Assembly: GCA_964597355.1 (NCBI GenBank)
Contig: CAZQWS010000002.1
Coordinates: forward strand, 34,262 to 98,261
Reading direction: 5' to 3'
DNA length: 64,000 nucleotides
From: an uncultured Bdellovibrionales bacterium
Lineage (GTDB): Bacteria > Patescibacteriota > Minisyncoccia > Moranbacterales > UBA1568
A program made the translations under genes and the position numbers. The number at the start of each line of letters is the position of its first letter. The first letter of the stretch is position 1. The notes beneath the pieces are model-generated. The model was given only the letters and a program-made list of their open reading frames with translations, had not been told where the DNA came from and searched no databases. Shown here piece by piece: positions 9,825-17,892 of this stretch.

Positions 9825-10684
9825 TTTTCTGTATGCCTAATCAATCCGTGCTTGTTATCGTCCTTAATTATCGAGGGAAAGATGTCCTCTTGCCTTGCCT
9901 TGCTTCGCTTCTTCCAACTCTTGGACCACAGGATGCTTGTCTGGTTGTAGACAATGGAGGAGAACCAGCCCTCATGGACTTAGTTAGGCAACAACTTCCT
10001 ACGGTGCGCATTCTCTCAACCGGAGTAAATCTTGGCTTCGCTCGGGGGATGAATGTTGGTTTACGGATTGCACATGAGGAAGGGTTTGAAGCTGCTTGGC
10101 TGCTCAATAATGATGTACGGGTGGAACCAGGAGCTTTGGCCGCTTTGAAGTGTGCCCAAAGAGATTATGTGGGGAGGAATATCTTCTCTCCAGTTATATT
10201 AAATAAAGATGGGCAGATATGGTTTGCCGGAGGGAGAATAAATTATTGGCGCATGCGGGTAGAACACAGAAGGGATGCCCCAAAAGAAATGGCCCCTTTC
10301 TCTACGCAGTTTTTGACGGGTTGTGCCCTGTTTATCCCACGCGAGACGTGGGAATCAATTGGTTTTCTGGATGAACGTTACTTTTTATATTATGAAGACG
10401 CAGAATATAGCGTACGAGCCAAAGTTCATGGAGGGAAACTGTGGGTGGTTCCAGAGGCCCGAGTAAAGCACGCAGAAGTCAGTGAAGCTCATCCAGAGAA
10501 AGTCTACTGGCTCGTCCGAAGTGGGGTGGAGTTTTTCTCTCGCCATACGGTCGGCTGGAGGCGGAGTTGGGTTAGGGTGTATCTTATCGCTCGGCGGAGC
10601 AAGAACTTTCTGGATCGATTCTTTTTTGGAACAGCGCTTGCCCACTCCATCAAACGGGCGTATACTGATGCCTCGATTAAGTAG
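9821..10684 (+). CDS. Family 2 glycosyltransferase
   Basis: N-terminal GT-A fold VLVIVLNYRGKDVLLPCLASL; D-x-D-like NND region. Confidence 0.8.
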   Translation: MIFCMPNQSVLVIVLNYRGKDVLLPCLASLLPTLGPQDACLVVDNGGEPALMDLVRQQLPTVRILSTGVNLGFARGMNVGLRIAHEEGFEAAWLLNNDVRVEPGALAALKCAQRDYVGRNIFSPVILNKDGQIWFAGGRINYWRMRVEHRRDAPKEMAPFSTQFLTGCALFIPRETWESIGFLDERYFLYYEDAEYSVRAKVHGGKLWVVPEARVKHAEVSEAHPEKVYWLVRSGVEFFSRHTVGWRRSWVRVYLIARRSKNFLDRFFFGTALAHSIKRAYTDASIK

Positions 10685-10686
10685 TT

Positions 10687-11475
10687 ATGTCCCAGCCATT
10701 CCTTTCACTCATTTTTGTTAACTACCAAAGCGCTGCCTTGCTCAAGCGGGCTATAGTTTCCTGGGAAAAGCCATTGGGAGGGCTCCCTTACGAGGTCATT
10801 GTGGTCAATAATGATCCAAATGAAAATGAGGCGATTGAGAGGCTTTGTGTCCCTGGCAAGGTGAGTGTAAGGAATCTCGGCAAGAATGTTGGCTTTGGAG
10901 CGGCTAATAATAGAGCCGCCGTTTTGGCTCAAGGCGAATGGTTATTTCTTCTTAATCCAGATACAGAATATGCGACTGGTTCTATAGAGGAGCTTTTGCC
11001 AGTGCTTCAGGCGTACCCTCATTCTTTGGGAGGAGTTTGTTTGATTGATGAACAGGACAAGAAGGAAGCGTGGAGTGGCGGGAGATTCCCTACTCTCTGG
11101 AAGCTTATTTGGCAGCACTTACAGAGAACTCCCGTTCGGGCACTCTGGACGCAGCCGATGTTTACTGAGACGGATTGGGTGAGTGGGGCAGCCCTCCTTA
11201 TTTCTCGAGAGAGTTTTAAACAGCTCAATGGGTTTGACGAGAACTTTTTCCTTTACTTTGAGGATGTTGATCTCGCCGAACGAGCCAAACAAAAAGGTTT
11301 GAGCGTGTGGCATTTTCCGAACCTAGTTGTGCGCCACAGAGGTGGAGCTAGCCACGGCGAACGTGCCAAGCAGAAACAAGCCTATTATGAAAGCGAGCGG
11401 CGTTATTTTTCAAAACATCGATCACCGCTTGAAGCTCGGTGTTTTGGCTGGTTGCAAAGAATATTTTTCTCCTAG
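10687..11475 (+). CDS. Family 2 glycosyltransferase
   Basis: LSLIFVNYQSAALLKRAIVSW...VIVVNNDPNE; FEDVDLAERAKQKG. Confidence 0.8.
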   Translation: MSQPFLSLIFVNYQSAALLKRAIVSWEKPLGGLPYEVIVVNNDPNENEAIERLCVPGKVSVRNLGKNVGFGAANNRAAVLAQGEWLFLLNPDTEYATGSIEELLPVLQAYPHSLGGVCLIDEQDKKEAWSGGRFPTLWKLIWQHLQRTPVRALWTQPMFTETDWVSGAALLISRESFKQLNGFDENFFLYFEDVDLAERAKQKGLSVWHFPNLVVRHRGGASHGERAKQKQAYYESERRYFSKHRSPLEARCFGWLQRIFFS

Positions 11476-11476
11476 T

Positions 11477-12736
11477 ATGCTTTTCCTGTTTGCTCAACTT
11501 TTTCTTTTGTTTCTCCCTTTCCAGTTCGCTGTGCCTCTAGGATCAGAGGACATTCCATTGCTTCGCTTGGTTGCTCTGGGATTCATCTTTCTTTGGGGGA
11601 TAAAAGTCTTGACGGAAAGAAAGTGTGTCTTCCCCCCGCTTTTTCCCCTTGCCCTCCTTTTGAGTTGGCTCTTTTCTTTGACGTTTAGTCTTTCCTTGGC
11701 CGAGGGTATCTCGCTTGGAATGCGCAAACTCATTTTTCTGTGGAATCTTCTTCCCCTTACTGTGGTGTGGTCTCTGTTTTTGGATGAGCAGAAAAAACTA
11801 ACTCATTTAATAAGAGCCCTTATTATAGGGGGGGCATTGAGCGCTCTGGTGGGAATTAGTATTTTTCTTGCTCAATTTGTGGTAGGCGTAGAAAAAACAT
11901 TTCACCTGCTCACAGAAACGGCACTTCCTTTTTTCCTTGGAGAACGTTTGGGGAATCTTGTCACTCTCTATCCGAGTCTTTTGGTAAATATTGGAGGCGA
12001 AACCTGGCTTCGGGCAACCGCTTTTTTCCCAGACCCCCATGTAGCCTCTTTCTTTTTCGGGATCATAGCCTGTCTCGCTTGGGGACTTTTTCTCGATACC
12101 AGGGATAAATTTTTTCTGTATTCGGGAAGCATCCTTCTTCTCGTAGACATTCTTACTTTTTCGCGGGGCGGTTACCTTGGCCTCTTGGCTGCTTTAGGTA
12201 CTTTTTTCTTTGTCCAGAAGAAGGAGTGGGGGGTAAAACCATGGGTAGGCTCCACGGCTCTTCTCCCCCTGCTTCTTTGGTTTGGAGTGCCGGTGTACCA
12301 ACGGTTTTTCTCAGTCTTTACCCTTGCCGATGCTTCTAGTTTGGATAGGCTTGCTCTTTGGGGAACAGCCTGGGAAACTATCCTCTACCATCCATGGGTT
12401 GGTCTAGGTTTAGGAAACTATGCTGAATGGATACATCCTGGCTTTGGAGCTAGTATTCCATATTATGCCCATAACCTATACCTTGATATTGCAACGGAGG
12501 GAGGCCTCATAAGCCTCTTCTTATTTCTTGGGCTCTGTAGTTGGAGTTTTGTTCGAGCGCTCCGGATGGCTTTGCAGGGAAGTGGACTAGCACTTGGAGT
12601 AACAGCTGCCTTTGCTCTTTATTTCACACACTCCTTCTTTGAGACAGCACTTTTCTCTCTTCACATCACTGTCCTCTTCTCTCTCCTCTTGGTACTTCCT
12701 TTCACCAGTAGCGCGAAGCAAACTCCTGTAGAATAA
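11477..12736 (+). CDS. O-antigen ligase / polymerase (Wzy_C family) membrane protein
   Basis: Start re-assigned to the ATG at 11477, one nt after the stop of the previous gene; multi-TM; Wzy_C-like ...GNYAEWIHPGFGASIPYYAHNLYLDIATEGGL. Confidence 0.7.
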   Translation: MLFLFAQLFLLFLPFQFAVPLGSEDIPLLRLVALGFIFLWGIKVLTERKCVFPPLFPLALLLSWLFSLTFSLSLAEGISLGMRKLIFLWNLLPLTVVWSLFLDEQKKLTHLIRALIIGGALSALVGISIFLAQFVVGVEKTFHLLTETALPFFLGERLGNLVTLYPSLLVNIGGETWLRATAFFPDPHVASFFFGIIACLAWGLFLDTRDKFFLYSGSILLLVDILTFSRGGYLGLLAALGTFFFVQKKEWGVKPWVGSTALLPLLLWFGVPVYQRFFSVFTLADASSLDRLALWGTAWETILYHPWVGLGLGNYAEWIHPGFGASIPYYAHNLYLDIATEGGLISLFLFLGLCSWSFVRALRMALQGSGLALGVTAAFALYFTHSFFETALFSLHITVLFSLLLVLPFTSSAKQTPVE

Positions 12737-12757
12737 GGGAGCAGATATGATGTATCT

Positions 12758-13969
12758 ATGGTAGCCTACCCTCTTTTTTTTCTTAGCCTGGTTTTTCTTC
12801 TTTTCCCTTTGGCCCACCTTCGATTCATTGAAGGTGTACCGGTTTACCTTTCTGAAATCCCACTTCTTTTTGTGCTGGTATGGTTTGCAACCTCACCAAC
12901 TTTCTTTCAGAATCTTAAGAAGTTTGTTTCTCAAGAGAAATGGATTATAGGAGGAGGAATTTTGTTTCTCGTAGGAGCTACCCTTCCCTTTTTTTTTCAA
13001 ACAGTTCCTGGCAGTTCCTTAGGATTACTTAAAAGTTTTATTGTCCTCCCACTGATGCTTATGACAACGGTAGGAGTTCTCGGACACGAGATAGCTTCCC
13101 AGAGAAGGATCCTTTCTGCTTGGTGGCTCGGTATTTTTGTAAGTGCTTTGGTGGGCACCATACTTCTTCTTGAGGACATACTCACCTATGATGGTCGTCT
13201 CGCTTCTTTGTACGCTTCGCCCAATCATTTTGCTATGCTACTTTCCCCAGGTGTTTTTATAGGACCCTTTCTTTTCAGGACGGCTGTATCAAAATGGCGA
13301 TGGTTCTATATTCTTGGGACCTGTCTGATACTCATAGCGCTCCTTGCTACCAGATCATATGCCTCAATAGTGGCAGTAACTTTCGTGAGTCTTTTCTGGG
13401 AGGGTCCTTGTAAAAGGAGCGGGGCATTTTCATGGAAACCTATTGCCCTCACTGTTTTTTTAGTGGTTGGCTGGCTCTTCCTTGAAGGAACAACTACAAA
13501 GTTTCAATCAATTCTTGATTTTGGTGGACGGTCATCTTCGGCTTCACGACTGATGATTTGGGAATCAGCTTGGAAAATGAGTCAGGATAGTTTTCCTGTG
13601 GGTATCGGCATCGGTCGCTTTCAAGAGGTTTACCTTGAGTACCAACGATACTTCCCACCCTATCTTGAATGGGCAGTGCCAGAGCCACACAATCTGTTGC
13701 TGAGCCTTTTCTTATCAACAGGACTGATGGGACTTCTTGGTTTTTTTATAGCCACTATAGGGGTAGGGAAAAAACTTTGGCAAGCTTGTTTTGGAGAAAG
13801 TAACTCTCTCTTTGGACGATTGTATTTCAGCCTCCTGAGTTGGATACTCTTAGTGGGATTAGTAGATACTCCCTATTTCAAGAACGATCTAAGCTTTCTT
13901 TTTTGGGGGGTTGTAGGTCTTTCGCTCGCTTTTTTGGCAAGCAGAGAAGAGAAACAAGCTACAGGTTGA
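12758..13969 (+). CDS. O-antigen ligase / polymerase-like (Wzy_C family) membrane protein
   Basis: 403 aa multi-TM; WESAWKMSQDSFPVGIGIGRFQEVY...PEPHNLLLSLFLSTGLMGLLGF matches the Wzy_C HN-Y-L...E-G motif. Confidence 0.65.
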   Translation: MVAYPLFFLSLVFLLFPLAHLRFIEGVPVYLSEIPLLFVLVWFATSPTFFQNLKKFVSQEKWIIGGGILFLVGATLPFFFQTVPGSSLGLLKSFIVLPLMLMTTVGVLGHEIASQRRILSAWWLGIFVSALVGTILLLEDILTYDGRLASLYASPNHFAMLLSPGVFIGPFLFRTAVSKWRWFYILGTCLILIALLATRSYASIVAVTFVSLFWEGPCKRSGAFSWKPIALTVFLVVGWLFLEGTTTKFQSILDFGGRSSSASRLMIWESAWKMSQDSFPVGIGIGRFQEVYLEYQRYFPPYLEWAVPEPHNLLLSLFLSTGLMGLLGFFIATIGVGKKLWQACFGESNSLFGRLYFSLLSWILLVGLVDTPYFKNDLSFLFWGVVGLSLAFLASREEKQATG

Positions 13970-15098
13970 CGCTGTAGAGTTTGTTGGTTGAACGATCAAT
14001 GAAGAAAAGTCTGGTTTCGTCTGGAGAAAGGAAGAGATTCGTCGCGTCAAATGCCTGAGCAATTTCATTAAGGGGGACGAGTCGTTCACGTTTCCCTGTT
14101 TTTAAATTCATTTTCCAAAAAGTATCTTTAGTATAGATTGGTTTTCCAAAGTAATCATTAGGGAGGATGGTACCGGAGACGAAGGCATTGGGGAGAGCGT
14201 AGTAGATAGTCTGATTATCTTTACTCCAAGCAACTTTGCCTATAAAGGTAGGAACCAAGAGGTCACGGTAGTTTCCCCCGTTTTCATCAACGATCCCGAG
14301 ACTTGGGGTACTTCCTCCACGAGTATCAACGCTGCTTATCAGAATGGAACGGCTATTGGGTGACCAGAGATAGTCACCTCCGTAGCGACCGGAAAGGAGG
14401 AGTTTCCTCCCTTCACCAGTGAAGCTTATGCTTTCGAGCCGACTTTCTTCCAATCCGTCAGGACGGGTCCAAAAGGCTACCTGGCTTGATTGGGGAATGG
14501 TGGAAACAAAGTAGTCGTTCGTATCAAGATCAGCAAGTTTCCTCCAATTTTCTCCCCGAGGAGAGGCGGTATTGATGGAGCGAGCGCCAGTGGTTGGGTC
14601 GGTGTAAACATAGTAAATTCCATCACCGATGGTATTCCAACTTAGGTGAGAGAGTTCTTTTCGGAGCGGGGTACTAGATTGGTTGCGGAAGTCGACGTAG
14701 TGCCAAAGGGGTGATTGATTTTCTTCAATCAGGACAAGGGCGCCAATAGCAACAGGTGACCAGAGTACCCGCTTTACCGTTCCAGGCAATGCCCCAAAGA
14801 GAGTGTCGGATTTATTAGTGTCGATAGCAGTGCGCTTGAGGGTCTTGTCTCGAAGTGAGTAGTAGAAGAGGTATTGCTCCTCTATTTTTGGGAACAAGAT
14901 TGACTCATTGAGAAACATTTCAAAAGCGAGGGAACTTGTAGGAATATCCGTCTCTTTTCCTGCTTGAGTGGTAGCGTATTTCTCTGGGTCAGCGATAGGA
15001 TTTGAGGTATTGTTTTTGAAGGCAAAGTTATACACCCCAAGGAAGATGAGGGTGAGGAGAAAAAATCCCAGTGATGCCCAAAAAACCTTTTTGATCAC
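13959..15098 (-). CDS. Hypothetical membrane-anchored beta-propeller-like (TolB/PD40-like) protein
   Basis: 379 aa; N-terminal TM anchor; repeated W-S-P/W-S-K-D blocks (WSPNSRSILISS, WSKDNQTIYY) suggest PD40-like repeats. Confidence 0.4.
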   Translation of the reverse strand: MIKKVFWASLGFFLLTLIFLGVYNFAFKNNTSNPIADPEKYATTQAGKETDIPTSSLAFEMFLNESILFPKIEEQYLFYYSLRDKTLKRTAIDTNKSDTLFGALPGTVKRVLWSPVAIGALVLIEENQSPLWHYVDFRNQSSTPLRKELSHLSWNTIGDGIYYVYTDPTTGARSINTASPRGENWRKLADLDTNDYFVSTIPQSSQVAFWTRPDGLEESRLESISFTGEGRKLLLSGRYGGDYLWSPNSRSILISSVDTRGGSTPSLGIVDENGGNYRDLLVPTFIGKVAWSKDNQTIYYALPNAFVSGTILPNDYFGKPIYTKDTFWKMNLKTGKRERLVPLNEIAQAFDATNLFLSPDETRLFFIDRSTNKLYSVNL

Positions 15099-15112
15099 AA
15101 GAGAAACATTAC

Positions 15113-16579
15113 TTAGTACACGTGAAATGAAGAGAGATTGGTCTGGGTCGAGTAGGATTTACAGTTAATACCGACTGCGGTGTAAGGTGCACAATCTTTT
15201 GAGTTTTCATAGAGCACGGTGAGGCCAGCTGCACGGAAAGCGTCATAGTAGGTCTTTATAGTTTCAGGATCAGTCCCTCCACCTGAATTGTTAAGATCGG
15301 CACATGTGCCGTTGGTATGACAGCCACTTAGGTGATTAACGGTCGGAGGCCATGATTCGGTTATACGCCAGCCATCGACATCACTGATAGCCTGGATTTT
15401 ACTGAGGAGACCAGAGTTGAGAAAACAAGTGCTGAGCCCGCAACCCTTGTTGGGAACACTTGCTGGAATGGCGACACAATTGCTGCAGGCCTGGCAAGAT
15501 ACGGAGCTTGATTGCGGACAGCAACTAGCTCCAGTGTTGGGTGTGCCGCAGTTAGCTCCCGGGGTGTTGGTGGTAGTTGTTGGTGTAGTGGTAGGAGTTG
15601 ATATCACACTCAACCCAGGTACCGCTAACCCCTCTACCAAATCAGGATTCAAGACATAGAGGAAAAGCCAAGCAAACAAAGCAATGATAATCCCGAGCAA
15701 GGCATCCACAATGATCGTCTTGGCTGTGCTCACCCGAGCCGTATTCCCCGCACTGGTCACATACATAAACCCGCCTACTGTAAGCATAAAGAGAGCGGCT
15801 ATCCCTACTGCCCAGAAAACAAACTTGTACAAACGTTCGAGATAGCTCCCTAAGTCTCCACTCGTTCCAGCCTGCCCAGGAATCTCTTCAAGGAGGGTGT
15901 AGTTGAGCTTGTTGAGGGAAGCTTCGGCAATAGCAGCCCCGCAGCAGGATTGGCCTGTGATGGTGCAACCGCCAGAAACAGAGACTCTCCCAAGGCTAGT
16001 GCACGTTTCCGTCAAGCTTCCCATACAATCTCCTCCCTGACTTTTACAACTCCCACCGCCACCAGCGATACAGCATTGACCAGAATTACACGTACCAGCA
16101 CCCGGTCCTTCACCAGTGCCACAAGCTGCTTTACATTGCCCGCCCACACTAGGATCAGTACACTGTTTGGCACTACAAGCCTGTGGCTTGGGCAGCGGAT
16201 TGGAAGCATTAAATTTCCCACTCGGGAGGCAACATTTACCTGAAGCGACACAATCAACTTTTAAATATGCGCCAGCATCAAAGCTGTTACTATCGCATGT
16301 GTCTCCAATAGCATTGTATCCCCCTAATTCTTTACACTGATCTGCCGGCCATTCGGAATATGAAGCAGGAGAACAGCAGACGGTACCGCCAGCACCTAAG
16401 CCCGTACATTTGTTGGTGGGATCGCTGATGGAGCCCTGACCATTGTTACAAGCAATCTGACAAGAACCGCTGTTGTCTGTGCCGCACATGGCAGCGGTGG
16501 CAGTTTTGGTGTTCCCTGCAAGAAGGATAGCTGAGGCCATCAAGAGAACGCCAGAAAAAATAAGTTTAAGGACGCGCAT
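15113..16579 (-). CDS. Cys-rich secreted protein with central VirB2/T4SS-pilin-like two-helix domain and Thr/Pro linker
   Basis: 488 aa; signal peptide; about 45 Cys in two ectodomain blocks; hydrophobic hairpin FVFWAVGIAALFMLTVGGFMYVTSAGN...AKTIIVDALLGIIIALFAWLFLYVL resembles a VirB2/TrbC-type pilin core; TPTTTPTTTTNTPG linker. Confidence 0.5.
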   Translation of the reverse strand: MRVLKLIFSGVLLMASAILLAGNTKTATAAMCGTDNSGSCQIACNNGQGSISDPTNKCTGLGAGGTVCCSPASYSEWPADQCKELGGYNAIGDTCDSNSFDAGAYLKVDCVASGKCCLPSGKFNASNPLPKPQACSAKQCTDPSVGGQCKAACGTGEGPGAGTCNSGQCCIAGGGGSCKSQGGDCMGSLTETCTSLGRVSVSGGCTITGQSCCGAAIAEASLNKLNYTLLEEIPGQAGTSGDLGSYLERLYKFVFWAVGIAALFMLTVGGFMYVTSAGNTARVSTAKTIIVDALLGIIIALFAWLFLYVLNPDLVEGLAVPGLSVISTPTTTPTTTTNTPGANCGTPNTGASCCPQSSSVSCQACSNCVAIPASVPNKGCGLSTCFLNSGLLSKIQAISDVDGWRITESWPPTVNHLSGCHTNGTCADLNNSGGGTDPETIKTYYDAFRAAGLTVLYENSKDCAPYTAVGINCKSYSTQTNLSSFHVY

Positions 16580-16726
16580 AATGTTTGGATAAAGTTTCTG
16601 TATTGCCTCTAGTATACCACTACACCAATGGCATGAATATTCCTTGCCTTGAGATGTTTATTTTTTACTGAAGTCACCTGGTGTGCTGGTACTTGATCTT
16701 TGGGGACTGATGATGGTATACGCTGA

Positions 16727-16775
16727 GTTGTTTCTTTTGAGGATAAAAAACACTCAAGCTGTTATACTTGAGTGT
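16727..16775. terminator. Bidirectional rho-independent terminator downstream of nrdB
   Basis: Hairpin ACACTCAAG-ctgttata-CTTGAGTGT flanked by A-run and T-run. Confidence 0.5.
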
Positions 16776-16799
16776 CTCCTTTTTCGTAGTGTCCAGTAT

Positions 16800-17843
16800 C
16801 TAGAACTCCCAGCTCCCGTTCATGCTCGAAGACTGAGTGTAGTTGACGACGGTGGTTTCAAAGAAATTACCCTTGTCACTATTCACATCTTGTAAACGAT
16901 CGAGATGTTTGTAGGGATTTTCAATCGCTTCTGGGTAGAGCGGAGCGATAGCAAGCATAGCGAGCCGTTGATTAGCGAGCCACCTCGTGTAGTCTTCGGT
17001 AGTTTTACCATTGATACCTGGAATACGGTCGCCAAGAATATGTGTAGACCACTCAATCTCTTGATTGACGGCTGTTTTCATCATGCTGAGAATAAGCTTT
17101 TCATCGTAGAGATCAGGAAATTCCCGTTTAATCTCACGGATGAGATTGGCAAAGATGGTGACATGAGTCAGTTCATCACGACGGATATAAGCGATCATTC
17201 GGCCAGTAGCGAGCATTTTCATCCGATCAGTGAGAGTGTCGAAGAAGGCGAACCCATTGTAGAAATAGATTGATTCGAGGAGGAAATTGGCGACGATACC
17301 GCGGAAAAATGTCTTATCCGACGGCGTGTCGATGAAATCCTGGTAGATTTGCCCGATGTACTTATTGCGTTCGAGAAGCACCTTGTCGGTACGCCAGAAG
17401 TAATAGATTTCATCACGTTCTTTGGAATCAACCACCGACTCGAGGATGGTAGCGTAGGACTGAGAATGGATGGCTTCCTGATAGGCTTGGATGGAGAGAA
17501 TGAGATTGACCTCAGGACTCGTCACATAGTCCGAGAAATGAGGTAAATTGACGGTCTGAATAGAGTCTAGGAAAGTCAGAAAGGAGATAATTCCTTTGTA
17601 GGCCCGCTGTTCTTCGGGAGAGAGTTCGCTATGAAACATACGGGCATCATCCTTGAGGCCAGAAACCTTTTCCGGTACCCAGAAATTACCTATCATAACC
17701 TGATAGAGCGACTTGGCCCAGGGGTATTTGACAGCATTGAGATTGAAGAGTCCTGTGGTAGCTCCTTTGATGATGGTACGGTGTTCGACGGTGTCATCTC
17801 CTGCTGGGTTAAAGAGGAGATTTGCCTTCATTTCAGTTATCAT
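16800..17843 (-). CDS. nrdB: Ribonucleotide reductase class I small (beta) subunit
   Basis: 347 aa ferritin-like diiron protein; downstream of nrdA on the same strand. Confidence 0.9.
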   Translation of the reverse strand: MITEMKANLLFNPAGDDTVEHRTIIKGATTGLFNLNAVKYPWAKSLYQVMIGNFWVPEKVSGLKDDARMFHSELSPEEQRAYKGIISFLTFLDSIQTVNLPHFSDYVTSPEVNLILSIQAYQEAIHSQSYATILESVVDSKERDEIYYFWRTDKVLLERNKYIGQIYQDFIDTPSDKTFFRGIVANFLLESIYFYNGFAFFDTLTDRMKMLATGRMIAYIRRDELTHVTIFANLIREIKREFPDLYDEKLILSMMKTAVNQEIEWSTHILGDRIPGINGKTTEDYTRWLANQRLAMLAIAPLYPEAIENPYKHLDRLQDVNSDKGNFFETTVVNYTQSSSMNGSWEF

Positions 17844-17892
17844 AAATGTAAAGTTGAGTTTCTTAGAGAATGAAAGAGATATGTTGGTGGAG

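Noticed and set aside
11327-11476. 5' extension of the O-antigen ligase ORF overlapping the preceding glycosyltransferase
   Set aside because: The ATG at 11477 lies 1 nt after the upstream stop and precedes the first TM helix; the upstream extension is translation of the GT2 gene's 3' end in another frame.
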